Source of the DNA: a virus
Lineage: Duplodnaviria; Caudoviricetes
IMG/VR virus record: IMGVR_UViG_3300024520_000077
Location: 1-59,412 of that record
Direction: 5' to 3' (one strand)
DNA: 59,412 nt
Made by a program: the position numbers and the translations under genes. This document shows, in pieces, positions 16,779 to 25,797 of this stretch. Numbering within the stretch: position 1 is the stretch's first letter; each line of letters opens with the position of its first letter. Below the pieces are notes generated by a model. That model saw only the letters and a program-made list of their open reading frames with translations, was not told the DNA's origin and made no database searches.

Positions 16779-17726
16779 CTACGGCGCCCAGGCGACGCCG
16801 TCCCAGTGGTATAGGTCCTTGGCGACGATGTCCCAGTAGCTATCACATGCCGTGATCGGCGCAGGCGCTACGGTGAACCGGCCGTGGAATTTGCAGGCGC
16901 CCTCGGCCGAGGTGACGATGAGGACGCCGTTTACCTCGGCATCCCCGGTCACCTCCAGGCGGACCGCCGGCGAGAGGGTGTTGACGCCGACGTTACCTGA
17001 TGAATCGACGATGAAGACGTCTCCGTCAGTGCCGCCCGAAGAGCGCAGCGCGATGAAATTCGACAAGCCGTCTCCGCGGAGCGACAGGAACGCGGTAGGA
17101 CCCAGGCCGAGATCGCCGGCGAGAGTCAGGCGGGACACTCCCACGTAGTCCGCCTTGGCGCGCAGCGGGAGCGCGACGCCGAAGCGGAAAAAGATGTTTG
17201 TCGGCGCCCGGAAGTCGAGGGTAGAGGTGGTGGTGTTCTCGACGATGCCCACGTCGATCTTCGGGGCTGCCAGATATTCGCCGTCCCAAGTCAGCCCGGC
17301 ATCTTCGGCGAAGACTCCGCCGTCGACGAAGGGCACGCTTTCGTCGGTGAGTCCGCCCGCGCCGCTGTCGCCGGTGACCAGCCGCCAGTCGAAACCGCCG
17401 CCGACCGTCAGCTCTGAGCAGTGGTATTCCTGTTGTGTGTCGCGCTGCAGGCGCCGCTCGTTCTCGCCGTTCTGGACGCCGGCGGCGCACGGCACCAGGG
17501 CCAGGGCGGCAGCGTTCTCGACGGGGATCGTCAGGTCCTCGTAGCGCGGCGCCTGGGCGAACGCGGGCGAGGACCAGGCGAGGGCCACGAGCGCGGCCAG
17601 CACCAGGAAGGCGCACACGTACAGGAACGCGCGGATTTCTCGCGCTGCGCCTGGCCATTCAGGGACGTCCCGGAGCGGTGGCGGCTCGGGCTTCGGGAAC
17701 CGGTGCGGTAGTAGTTCGGGCTTCAT
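16779..17726 (-). CDS. Fibre-like protein with N-terminal TM/signal segment
   Basis: FLYVCAFLVLAALVALAW..AFA-Q; GNVGVNTLSPAVRLEVTG fibre repeat; C-terminal YWD..LYHWDG..W. Confidence 0.55.
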   Translation of the reverse strand: MKPELLPHRFPKPEPPPLRDVPEWPGAAREIRAFLYVCAFLVLAALVALAWSSPAFAQAPRYEDLTIPVENAAALALVPCAAGVQNGENERRLQRDTQQEYHCSELTVGGGFDWRLVTGDSGAGGLTDESVPFVDGGVFAEDAGLTWDGEYLAAPKIDVGIVENTTTSTLDFRAPTNIFFRFGVALPLRAKADYVGVSRLTLAGDLGLGPTAFLSLRGDGLSNFIALRSSGGTDGDVFIVDSSGNVGVNTLSPAVRLEVTGDAEVNGVLIVTSAEGACKFHGRFTVAPAPITACDSYWDIVAKDLYHWDGVAWAP

Positions 17727-18607
17727 GCTGCTCCCGCCCGGAGAAAGCCGGAGACGTAGACAGAACTGTCATGCATCGATCCCTGGGCCAGCCGTCCGCC
17801 CGCGGTGAGGTCGAGGTCGAAGGGGTATTTCTTGCCGCCCGGCAGCTCGATCGTCGAGGCGCCGTCGAGGACGTTCCCCTTGAGATCGGCTCGGGCGAAG
17901 TAGATCTGAGCGACGGCTCCCGAGAGGGCTCGCGTCTCGTCGGACATCGACGGCATAGTGGCCGGGACGTCTTCAATCGCCAGTGCCGGAGGATTGGGGT
18001 GCGCCGTGCGGCGCCAGATCTTGACGCGAATCGACTCGGAGAAATGGCCGATGAGGGCCTGGGCGCTGAGATCCCAGCGGGTCAAGGGGATCGACGACAG
18101 CGCCGCGGCGGCACCGACCGACCAGCGCAGGGTGGCAAGCGTGAACGCGGGAACGGCGGCGGAGAACTCAAAGTCACCTGGCTCCGTCACGTCCCACCCG
18201 CGATAGACGTAGTCGCCGCCGCTCGGGTTCTCGGTCACCGTGAGCACGGCGGCCGACACCTCGCCATCCTTGAGTAGCTCGACCTCAACGGCTACGGCGT
18301 CGGACGGCACCCGGTGCGGCACCACCCGGTAAGGGTAGGCGCGCGACGCCGGTGCGGCGCTGTAGTAGGCCACCTGCCCGAAGCCGTTCACCAGGTAGGT
18401 GATGGCGTGCGCCGCGGCGTCGGGCAGGCCGTTGACCCGTCCCAGGTCCGGCGCTCCGGACACGACCGAGAGGGTGACTCCCGTGGCGTCGATCTCGACG
18501 CCCGAGGGGCCGTAGAGACGCCCGCCGATGCCGTCGGGAGGGTCGTCCGCCCAGGTGAGCGAGGCGATCGGATCGCCGGCAGCGTGGAAGGTGTGGACGG
18601 CGGCCAT
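17723..18607 (-). CDS. Probable virion structural protein
   Basis: TGATG-coupled within head-neck operon; beta-rich. Confidence 0.5.
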   Translation of the reverse strand: MAAVHTFHAAGDPIASLTWADDPPDGIGGRLYGPSGVEIDATGVTLSVVSGAPDLGRVNGLPDAAAHAITYLVNGFGQVAYYSAAPASRAYPYRVVPHRVPSDAVAVEVELLKDGEVSAAVLTVTENPSGGDYVYRGWDVTEPGDFEFSAAVPAFTLATLRWSVGAAAALSSIPLTRWDLSAQALIGHFSESIRVKIWRRTAHPNPPALAIEDVPATMPSMSDETRALSGAVAQIYFARADLKGNVLDGASTIELPGGKKYPFDLDLTAGGRLAQGSMHDSSVYVSGFLRAGAA

Positions 18608-18789
18608 CAGTCCGGCCATCCCGCGTTCTCGCGCGCGTGGTGGATCATGTAGACGTCGGTCAAGGCGATGTCACGCCGCCCGGTCTTTCGGCGCCAGAAT
18701 TCGAATTGACGGAAAGACCTGAGCCACCCCATCGAGTCGCCCGGGGTGCCGTTGGCGTCGGCCTGAGGGACGTAGAATCGGCCGCTCAT
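18607..18789 (-). CDS. Small hypothetical protein
   Basis: Coupled on both sides (ATGA/TGATG). Confidence 0.55.
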   Translation of the reverse strand: MSGRFYVPQADANGTPGDSMGWLRSFRQFEFWRRKTGRRDIALTDVYMIHHARENAGWPD

Positions 18790-19622
18790 CTCAGCACCCG
18801 GAAGGATTCCGACAGCGTCGCCGCGGCGTCGGCGTCACCATAGACCAGCTCGTGGTCCTTGATCTTCTCGCTTTCGAGCCCGGGGCGCTGCTTTCTGGTC
18901 GCCTGCAGATGGGTCGCGAGACGGAGGAACGCGCTTTGAAGCTTCGGCAGCTCCCGCGCCTCCCTGGCGGTCAGGACGGCCGTCCCGCTGGCGACCGTGT
19001 CACCGATGACGGTTGGCCAGGTCGGCTCGCCGGCATCCATGACGCCGGTCGTGGTGACCTCGAAGCGAAGCGACACGCGACGAGACGACGCGCGCACCCA
19101 CCCGGGAAGCTCACCGTAGGACGTCGAGCCGTCCACCTGCACGGAGAGGCTCGCCGACCAGTCGGCCACCTGTCCGGGCATGAGGTAGCCCGCGGTGTAG
19201 GCGGCGATGTAGTAGAGGCTGCTCGCGGGCGAGGCCAGGGTGCCCGTGAGCCGGTCGGCCCGAAAGGACGTCCGGGCCCAGCCGATCGCGCGCTCGAGGA
19301 TGTGGCCGCCCACGCCGCTCGTCTCGTAGCCGTCGGCGTCGACCGTCCCGCCGTCGATCGTGGTCACGACCGGCTTGGGATTGCTGACGACGGGCCAGCG
19401 GGACAAAAGCAGGTGGATCCCGCCCGGCCCCGGCAGCTTCTCCGAGTAGGACTCGCGCCACAGGGGGCGGCCGACGAGATCGAAGTCGAGCAGCCGCGCG
19501 CCGAGCTCGTCGGCGAGGTCGTCGGCATCCGAACTCGAGAGGCCGAGCTCGGTGACGAGGACCGACGGCGGCAGTGGGCGCGTGTCCACCGCTTCGGCTG
19601 TGGTCGTCAGATCCTCGAACAC
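18786..19622 (-). CDS. Head-tail adaptor/connector protein
   Basis: LLLSRWPVVS, YTAGY, LESEKIKDHELVY patterns of gp6/gp15-like connectors; follows capsid genes. Confidence 0.7.
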   Translation of the reverse strand: MFEDLTTTAEAVDTRPLPPSVLVTELGLSSSDADDLADELGARLLDFDLVGRPLWRESYSEKLPGPGGIHLLLSRWPVVSNPKPVVTTIDGGTVDADGYETSGVGGHILERAIGWARTSFRADRLTGTLASPASSLYYIAAYTAGYLMPGQVADWSASLSVQVDGSTSYGELPGWVRASSRRVSLRFEVTTTGVMDAGEPTWPTVIGDTVASGTAVLTAREARELPKLQSAFLRLATHLQATRKQRPGLESEKIKDHELVYGDADAAATLSESFRVLR

Positions 19623-19632
19623 CGGCCGCTCC

Positions 19633-20118
19633 CTACTTGGTCTCCTCGACCTCAGCTTCGGCGTTGACGCCGCGGCGACCGCGCCGGCCCTTGGCCTTGT
19701 CGGCCTCAGCTCGCGCCGCCTTCTTGCCGCGACCGCTCGCTGCGGCATGCTCCGCGCGCTCGGCCCGGATCACCGCGGACTCCCGCGGCCGTTGCCACGA
19801 CGGCGGATCCGGATCCAGGATTGCCCGGCCGGCCTCGATGTGACGCAGTGCGTCGACCCGGGGGAGCCGGAGGCGATCGCCCGGTCGGTGACCCACCCAC
19901 CCCTGGACGAGGAGCGGCATGGTGTCGCCTTCCACCGGGCCCGTTCGGTCCTTCTTGCGGCTGAATGCTTTCAGCTCGGCCTCGGTCGTCATGTGCGCCC
20001 CGCCGGAGGCCGTCAGGACTGCGGCCTTTTGGGTCTTAATGTGGGCGATCTGGCCGGCCGGAAAGCCCTCACATTGCCGGTCAAAAGTGACCTGGGTCGT
20101 TCCCTCGAGTCCGTTCAT
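19633..20118 (-). CDS. Hypothetical protein downstream of capsid genes
   Basis: AGGAG RBS; two short G(Q/D)...A...G.A repeats typical of post-capsid small proteins. Confidence 0.6.
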   Translation of the reverse strand: MNGLEGTTQVTFDRQCEGFPAGQIAHIKTQKAAVLTASGGAHMTTEAELKAFSRKKDRTGPVEGDTMPLLVQGWVGHRPGDRLRLPRVDALRHIEAGRAILDPDPPSWQRPRESAVIRAERAEHAAASGRGKKAARAEADKAKGRRGRRGVNAEAEVEETK

Positions 20119-20129
20119 CTCGGTTCTCC

Positions 20130-20642
20130 TTACGTCAAGGTGACGAACGACGGCAGGTCGTCCGGCGGCGTCTTGTCGAGGCCGCAGAAGTGATAGACGG
20201 CGGAGTAGGCCAGGGTACCCGACGCGCTCGTCGTCGCCGTAATCTGCGCGCGGATGAAGGCTCGCGTGTTGCGCTGACCGCCGGGGAAGCGGATGATCGC
20301 TACGCCCTTCATGACGTGCGGGCCACCCGCCGCCGGTGCCGTGGCGATGACGCCCGAAAGGGTGAACTTGCCCTTAGCAGGCACGGCGCCGAGCGCGGTG
20401 GTCGCCTTGACGTCGGCTACGCCGGTGCCGGAGATGTCCGTGGCGTCCTGGAAGTTGACAGCGAGCGAGAAGGTCTCGTCGTCCGCCATAGCGGCGAGCG
20501 CCCAGGGCACGGCGAGCCAAAAGCCCTCGGCGGACGGAACCTCGACGTAATCGCCGTCGACCTCCGTCTCGACCGTCGCGTTTCCGTGACTATATTTCGG
20601 GAGCACGTAGGAGCCGAGGTCTCTTTGCTGGGATGCGTCCAT
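20130..20642 (-). CDS. Capsid decoration/cement protein
   Basis: Directly after MCP; beta-sandwich-like with RAFIRAQIT motif. Confidence 0.6.
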   Translation of the reverse strand: MDASQQRDLGSYVLPKYSHGNATVETEVDGDYVEVPSAEGFWLAVPWALAAMADDETFSLAVNFQDATDISGTGVADVKATTALGAVPAKGKFTLSGVIATAPAAGGPHVMKGVAIIRFPGGQRNTRAFIRAQITATTSASGTLAYSAVYHFCGLDKTPPDDLPSFVTLT

Positions 20643-20654
20643 GATGTTCTCCTA

Positions 20655-21968
20655 CTATGCGCCGTAAGTCACGGCGGTGGTTTCAAAAAGGGCCTTGGGG
20701 TAGGGCACCAGGAGGGTGGTCTTCAACATGCCGCGCAGGGCCGTGAAATCGCCTTCCATCATGTCCCGGCGAGCGCCGTTGATCAGCATAGAGCCGTTCT
20801 CGAACCAGCGGACCTCGAGCCCCTCGCTGACGCCGACGAAGATCTGATCGAACGCTCCCCAGAGGATGTAGCTCTCGGTGCCGCCACCCAGGGTGATCGG
20901 GATGTGGGTCGAGGTGCGGTACCGCGTCCCGAGCCAGGTCCCCTTGCTGAGCTCCTCGGCGAAAATCGGGTCGCCGTCGGCGTCATAAACGCCGTACTTG
21001 AGATGGCCGAAGGTCCGCGGAGCGAAGGCTACACCGAAGCGGGCCAGGTCCGTCGGGATGTCGGTCGCCATGACGGTGATCATGGCGGTCTCTACGTCGG
21101 TGAAGATCTCGGCGAGCGTGACGCCGGCGGTGGCGACGCTGTGGTCCGGGTGGACCAGGGTACGCCAGCCGGAGATGTTCTTACCGATGCCGTCGCCGGT
21201 GAGGTAGCGAAGATCGAGGCCGGTGTCAAAGCCGCGTTGCATGCCCTTCTGCAAGCCGGCGAGGCGGGTCGCGCTGGCATTCTTGCGCCAGTCACTGGTG
21301 ACCGGTAGGAGCGCCATAAACTTGCGCATGAAGGCCTCGCGGTTCCCCGCCTCCATCGTGGTACCGACGTCGTCAACGTTGAGCTCGTCAACTCCGGTGA
21401 TGGCCGGCAGGGTCTCCCAGCCGTCGACCCGGAGCTGGTCGGCGCTCGTCGGCCGTGTCTCCGGTCCCAGCGAGAGAAAGATGGAATTGGCGGCGATCGG
21501 CTCGAGGAAGTCTTCGAAGGTCTCGCCCTGGATCAGGAGCCCGCCGCCTTCGGCGTCGGCCATCTCGATGACGGCCTTGTTGACCGCCAGGTCGCCGATG
21601 CTCTTCTCAAGGCGCTCGGTGACGGCCGCCGACTTACCGCCGAGAGTCGTCTTGAGGTCGTCTTGACCGACCGCGGCGCAGGCGGCGAGGGCGTGGCCCA
21701 TCAGGCTGCCCTTCTTCGGCATGCGGCCAGCGTCGGAGCTGAAAAGGGCCCGCTCAACGGTGGCGGCCTTGGCGGCCCGTGCGGCGTCGGCGTCGGCGTC
21801 GAGCATGGCCTCTCGGCCGGTCTTCATCTTCTCCTCGACCATGCCCTCGGCCACGGAGGACATGTGCGGGGCGTAGCGCTGCATGCAGTCATCGAACTGC
21901 GCCTGTGTAAGGGCCGCGACTGGCGCGTTCTCGGTGGGTGCGGCGACGGCCGCGGCGTTCTCACTCAT
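20655..21968 (-). CDS. Major capsid protein (HK97 fold)
   Basis: EGGGLLI, LTGDGIG...SG, DADGDPIF..TWLG.RY..S..IP, WGAFDQ; follows protease. Confidence 0.93.
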   Translation of the reverse strand: MSENAAAVAAPTENAPVAALTQAQFDDCMQRYAPHMSSVAEGMVEEKMKTGREAMLDADADAARAAKAATVERALFSSDAGRMPKKGSLMGHALAACAAVGQDDLKTTLGGKSAAVTERLEKSIGDLAVNKAVIEMADAEGGGLLIQGETFEDFLEPIAANSIFLSLGPETRPTSADQLRVDGWETLPAITGVDELNVDDVGTTMEAGNREAFMRKFMALLPVTSDWRKNASATRLAGLQKGMQRGFDTGLDLRYLTGDGIGKNISGWRTLVHPDHSVATAGVTLAEIFTDVETAMITVMATDIPTDLARFGVAFAPRTFGHLKYGVYDADGDPIFAEELSKGTWLGTRYRTSTHIPITLGGGTESYILWGAFDQIFVGVSEGLEVRWFENGSMLINGARRDMMEGDFTALRGMLKTTLLVPYPKALFETTAVTYGA

Positions 21969-23047
21969 GAGTAGGTCCTCGGTAGTTGTACGGCGTGGCC
22001 CTTGCGGGCGATTGCTTCTTCGGCCATCAGGGCCATGGTCTCTTCAAAGGCGGCGGCGGTCACGACTGGAGCCGGCGGCGGCCCTGGTGCGGCCTTCGTC
22101 TCAGCGAGCTTGGCGAGCACCTGGTCGAGCTTGGCGCCGAGGTCGTCGACGTCCTTCCGGAGGTCGTCCGAAGCCTCCGGCAGCCGGCTCTCGATGAGCG
22201 CCCTCTCTGCGTCAGGCAGTCGCGCCAGGACGTCGGCTAGCTTGGTGGGCTTGATCTCCGCCACCTCGACCAGCGAGCCGCCGGCCGTCGCCGGGTCGAG
22301 CGTCTCAACCACGGCGAGCGCGTCGGCCTGCTCTTGCTTGGTGATGACGAATCCGGCCGCCTCGAGCGTCTTCGTGGCGTCCTCGATGACCCAATCCAGA
22401 TCAATGCCGGCCGCGATCATGCGGCGCAACGCGTCGGGATTCGATGGGACGCTGACGAAGGAGTTCTCGAGCACTTCCCACCCGGCGAACCGGACGCCGT
22501 CAAGCTTCTTGTCCCAGGCGAAGTCCGTGGGCCGGAAGCCGATCGACATGGCGCCGGCGCGATCGGAGAGGGCCTTCTGATCCATCCGCCACTCGATCAA
22601 GAGCCTGACGCGCTCGCCGGCGGGGTTGACCTCCGGCGGCGTGAATTCGACGAGCAGGTCGGTCCTAGACTTCAGATGCTTGATTTCCGTTGCCGTTCCG
22701 ATCTGCGCGGGCCACTCGCCGCGCCCGTGCGCCTGGTGGTCGCGGAGGATGATGGGGTTCTTCTTGTACCGCTCCCAGTCGCCCCCGGCGGACTCGATGA
22801 TGTCGCCGTCGGCGTCCTTGGTGTCGGAGGTCGACGTGAACCGGAAGCCCTTGGACTCTCGGGCGATCTCGACGTCGTCCAGGTCCTTCGCGACGACGTA
22901 GCCGGAGCTGCCTTCGCCCTTGAAACCGCCGTCGGCGTCGGCCTTGACCAGGCCGTGAAAGGCCCGGGCGGACACCAGGCCGGAGAGGTCGGGGACGGGG
23001 CGGCCGGAGAAGTCCGGGGCGACAGGGGTACCGTCTGGCGTGCTCAT
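21965..23047 (-). CDS. HK97-family prohead protease
   Basis: DADGDII..G..YKKNPIILRDH, MSIGF, VLENSFVSVPSNPDA. Confidence 0.93.
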   Translation of the reverse strand: MSTPDGTPVAPDFSGRPVPDLSGLVSARAFHGLVKADADGGFKGEGSSGYVVAKDLDDVEIARESKGFRFTSTSDTKDADGDIIESAGGDWERYKKNPIILRDHQAHGRGEWPAQIGTATEIKHLKSRTDLLVEFTPPEVNPAGERVRLLIEWRMDQKALSDRAGAMSIGFRPTDFAWDKKLDGVRFAGWEVLENSFVSVPSNPDALRRMIAAGIDLDWVIEDATKTLEAAGFVITKQEQADALAVVETLDPATAGGSLVEVAEIKPTKLADVLARLPDAERALIESRLPEASDDLRKDVDDLGAKLDQVLAKLAETKAAPGPPPAPVVTAAAFEETMALMAEEAIARKGHAVQLPRTYS

Positions 23048-23068
23048 ACCCTATCTCTACCGGATCCC

Positions 23069-23097
23069 TTGACTGGGCGCCACGTAAGACGTACGCT
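23069..23097 (+). promoter_or_regulatory. Sigma70-type promoter, near-leaderless transcript
   Basis: TTGACT-17-TACGCT; ATG 7 nt downstream. Confidence 0.7.
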
Positions 23098-23104
23098 CTA
23101 CGAC

Positions 23105-23371
23105 ATGAGCAATTCAAGATCTGACTCTCCGGCCAGTTTCGAGATCGCCCGACGTCGGCTCGCCGCTGCGCGCCAGGCGGCCGGACTCACGCAAGAGCAG
23201 CTGGCCGAGAAGGCTGACGTCGAGAAGGACTACATAGGCGACATGGAGCGGCGGCGAGCGTCGCTCTACGTGCCCGGCAATGCCAACGCACCGCGGGACG
23301 CCGCGAAGTTCCGCCGCCTATGCCTCGCCCTCGGCGTCGAGCCGGCGGCGATTCTGGAGGGGCTGCTGTGA
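23105..23371 (+). CDS. XRE-family HTH regulator
   Basis: LAAARQAAGLTQEQLAEKADVEKDYIGDMER...LCLALGV. Confidence 0.88.
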   Translation: MSNSRSDSPASFEIARRRLAAARQAAGLTQEQLAEKADVEKDYIGDMERRRASLYVPGNANAPRDAAKFRRLCLALGVEPAAILEGLL

Positions 23372-23697
23372 GGGTATCGGCCAGCGAGTACGTCAAGAGC
23401 GGCCGATACCTCCCGGTTGATTTCCGAGATTTCCACGACCAGAAAGACCTCTTCAAGACGATCGACGCCGCCATCGACTGGAAGGAGGCTGGCGACGCCC
23501 GGATCGGATGGGTCACTGCCCACTGCTACGTCATCGACATTTTCCTGTGGTGGATGGCCAAGCGCGGATGGACGCTGCAAAGATCCCGCGCGTCTGTCGA
23601 TTTCCTGAGCTACCGCGACGACCTGGAGCGCCGCGAGACCGCCGAGGCGAAGGCATTCGCGTCTATCCTGACGCCGCTCGACCAGGTGTCGCCATGA
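23368..23697 (+). CDS. Conserved-looking phage hypothetical protein
   Basis: YLP.DFRDFHDQKDLFK..WVTAHCYVIDIFLWWMA.RG.TLQRSR; GTGA-coupled. Confidence 0.65.
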   Translation: MRVSASEYVKSGRYLPVDFRDFHDQKDLFKTIDAAIDWKEAGDARIGWVTAHCYVIDIFLWWMAKRGWTLQRSRASVDFLSYRDDLERRETAEAKAFASILTPLDQVSP

Positions 23698-24125
23698 GGC
23701 GCCCGAAGCCCCGCGACGACGAGCCCTCGAAGGCCTGGCGCGTGCCCTGGTGGCGGACGTGCAAGGCGTGCGGTTGGCGCTTCCTCTTCGAGCACTCGTG
23801 GGCGGGGCGGTGGCATCTCGGATTCGAGGCGCCTCGGCATGGTCGAAACGTGTGGAGCCGCGGCCACGTCTGCCTCGAATGCGCGCCGACGAAGGAGGGC
23901 GCCCGGAAGTACTTTGGGGTGATCCGCCCTCGTCGTCCGGATGGGCCGCCACCTCCGCCTCCTCCTCGACCCACGGGCGGTCCGGTGCCGCCGGTCATCG
24001 CCCTGCCGCTCTCCGGCTCATGCCCCACCTGCGGATCCGGTGTCGGCGAGGTCTGCCGAAGCGCATCGGGCGACGGCATCTCGCCGTCCAGGTGTCACGC
24101 CGCAAGGGGCCGGGCGACGGCATGA
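23694..24125 (+). CDS. Cys/Pro-rich hypothetical protein (Zn-finger-like)
   Basis: Three CxxC motifs; CPTC..GEVC..H.AR; ATGA-coupled. Confidence 0.5.
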   Translation: MRRPKPRDDEPSKAWRVPWWRTCKACGWRFLFEHSWAGRWHLGFEAPRHGRNVWSRGHVCLECAPTKEGARKYFGVIRPRRPDGPPPPPPPRPTGGPVPPVIALPLSGSCPTCGSGVGEVCRSASGDGISPSRCHAARGRATA

Positions 24126-24427
24126 GACTCCCCTGGCTCCGCGTCGTCCTCGTGGTCGCCCTCGTCGCGGCATGGCTCCAGGTCGACACCTACCGCGACG
24201 AACGGGCCGAACGCGTCCACCTGCAGGTCGAGGCGGGGCTCCGGGCTGACGTCCACGGCCTCGAGGCGCAGCTCGCCGACGTCGAAGCGGCCCGTGATGA
24301 GCTTCGCCGCGAGCTCGGGATAGCCCGAGAGGAGACAGCGCGCGAGCGGGACTCTTGCTCTCAGGAGCTGAGCCACGCCGAGGCGCGCTGCCGGGCGGAG
24401 CTGGAGGCGTGCGGGGCCGGTGAATGA
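24122..24427 (+). CDS. Membrane-anchored coiled-coil protein (i-spanin-like architecture)
   Basis: N-terminal TM followed by heptad-rich helix; function is inferred only. Confidence 0.45.
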   Translation: MRLPWLRVVLVVALVAAWLQVDTYRDERAERVHLQVEAGLRADVHGLEAQLADVEAARDELRRELGIAREETARERDSCSQELSHAEARCRAELEACGAGE

Positions 24428-24467
24428 GCTGGCACTATTCAGTCTTGACGGTGGACTCCTCTCCTGA
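24420..24467 (+). pseudogene. Orphaned original 5' end of the C5 methyltransferase (VNELALF...)
   Basis: GTGAATGAGCTGGCACTATTC parallels TTGCGTGAGCTTTCCCTATTC at 24921, 501 bp downstream. Confidence 0.7.
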
Positions 24468-24473
24468 TAGGAT
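24445..24473 (+). promoter_or_regulatory. Promoter carried by the HNH cassette
   Basis: TTGACG-17-TAGGAT. Confidence 0.75.
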
Positions 24474-24505
24474 CCGAGAGTACGCCGGACTCATCGAGGT
24501 GAGAC

Positions 24506-24928
24506 ATGTTGAAGCGCAAGAATTGCGAGGAATGCTCCGCGTCGTTCGCCCCCGCGAGGAAAGAGCAGAGGTATTGTTCCAAGTCCTGCGCGAGCGTGAA
24601 GAAGGGCAAGATGCGGACGGGACAGAAGACCGGGCCAAGGAAGGGGTGGGTCTACTCCTCTTGGATAGACAGGGATGGCTACGTCATCCGATACGCTGCG
24701 CTGCATCCCTTCTGCGGTGGGCGGCGGATCATCAAGGAGCATGTGATGGTTATGGAAATCGGCATCGGGCGACGGATTTCTTCTCTGGAAGTCGTGCACC
24801 ACGAGAATGGCGACCGCCGGGACAACAGGATCGAGAATCTTCGCTTGATGACGAGATCAGAGCACTCCAAGCTTCATGGGTCGAACTGGAAGGGGAGGGG
24901 GCGGAATGCTCTCGGGCAATTTGCGTGA
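24506..24928 (+). CDS. HNH (homing-type) endonuclease with N-terminal CxxC/CSxxC Zn-finger
   Basis: EHVMVME..GR....EVVHHENGDRRDNRIENLRLMTRSEH; GAGG RBS. Confidence 0.92.
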   Translation: MLKRKNCEECSASFAPARKEQRYCSKSCASVKKGKMRTGQKTGPRKGWVYSSWIDRDGYVIRYAALHPFCGGRRIIKEHVMVMEIGIGRRISSLEVVHHENGDRRDNRIENLRLMTRSEHSKLHGSNWKGRGRNALGQFA

Positions 24929-25769
24929 GCTTTCCCTATTCCACGGCGCCGGCGGCGGCATTCTCGCGTCTCGCCTCCTCGGATGGCGTACCGTGTGCGG
25001 CGTCGAATTCGACCCCTACCGCCGGCGAGTCGTCGCCCAGCGTCAAGCCGACGGACTCCTCGACCCCTTCGACATGTGGGACGATGTCCGCACCTTCGAC
25101 GGCAAGCCCTGGCGAGGACGCGTTGACGTCGTCTCGGGCGGTTTCCCCTGCCCTGCCTTCTCCCTTGCCGGAAAGCGACTCGGAGGCGCCGACCCCCGCA
25201 ACATGTGGCCCGATACCGCTCGGGTCATTGGCGACGTACGACCACGCTACGCGTTCCTGGAGAACGTGCCAGGCCTCCTTTCTTCCGGGTATTTCGGACG
25301 AGTTCTCGGGGACCTGGCCGCGCTCGGGTACGGTGTCGTTTGGGATTGCGTCTCAGCGTCCCACGTCGGCGCCCCTCATCGGAGGGACCGGCTCTGGATC
25401 CTGGCCTACTCCGACGCGCCAAGACTCCAAGCACCGGGCAGACAACTGGAAGGCCCGGGAAGGTCGTGGCCGGAGCCTATTACTGATTCACAAGGTGGGA
25501 GAGGTCGAAGCCTTCCCGATGTGGCTCACTCCGAACAAGCAAGATGCGAAGCACCGCACGGAAGCGAAGAGCTGCCAGGGTGGCGAGAATCTCCGGACGT
25601 CTCAAGGTGGCTCCCTGAACCCGACGTGGATCGAGTGGCTGCAAGGCTTCCCTCTGGGGTGGACCGACTTGAAGCCCTTGGCGATGCCCAGGTTCCTCTC
25701 GTGGCTGCGCTGGCATTCCGACGCCTTGAAGCGGCTGCTCGACGAATAGCCCGAACGTCCCGCCCGTAG
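24906..25769 (+). CDS. C5 cytosine DNA methyltransferase (alpha polypeptide)
   Basis: LSLFHGAGG (I), GGFPC (IV), ENVPG (VI), HRRDRLWI (VIII), RLEALGDAQVP (X); GGAGG RBS at 24894. Confidence 0.92.
   Translation: MLSGNLRELSLFHGAGGGILASRLLGWRTVCGVEFDPYRRRVVAQRQADGLLDPFDMWDDVRTFDGKPWRGRVDVVSGGFPCPAFSLAGKRLGGADPRNMWPDTARVIGDVRPRYAFLENVPGLLSSGYFGRVLGDLAALGYGVVWDCVSASHVGAPHRRDRLWILAYSDAPRLQAPGRQLEGPGRSWPEPITDSQGGRGRSLPDVAHSEQARCEAPHGSEELPGWRESPDVSRWLPEPDVDRVAARLPSGVDRLEALGDAQVPLVAALAFRRLEAAARRIARTSRP
24925..25749 (+). CDS. Overlapping alternative-frame polypeptide of the C5 MTase (TRD plus motif IX-like); frame open from 24424
   Basis: WPTPT.QD.K and WLTPN.QD.K repeats; LNPTWIEWLQGFP.GWT resembles motif IX, which the alpha frame lacks. 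Confidence 0.7.
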   Translation: MSFPYSTAPAAAFSRLASSDGVPCAASNSTPTAGESSPSVKPTDSSTPSTCGTMSAPSTASPGEDALTSSRAVSPALPSPLPESDSEAPTPATCGPIPLGSLATYDHATRSWRTCQASFLPGISDEFSGTWPRSGTVSFGIASQRPTSAPLIGGTGSGSWPTPTRQDSKHRADNWKAREGRGRSLLLIHKVGEVEAFPMWLTPNKQDAKHRTEAKSCQGGENLRTSQGGSLNPTWIEWLQGFPLGWTDLKPLAMPRFLSWLRWHSDALKRLLDE

Positions 25770-25773
25770 GCGC

Positions 25774-25797
25774 AAGAAAGCCCCGGAGAGCCGGGGC
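25774..25797 (-). terminator. Intrinsic terminator
   Basis: GCCCCGG-ctct-CCGGGGC-TTTCTT; the same GGGGCTTTCTTG tail occurs near 45633 and 51386. Confidence 0.6.
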
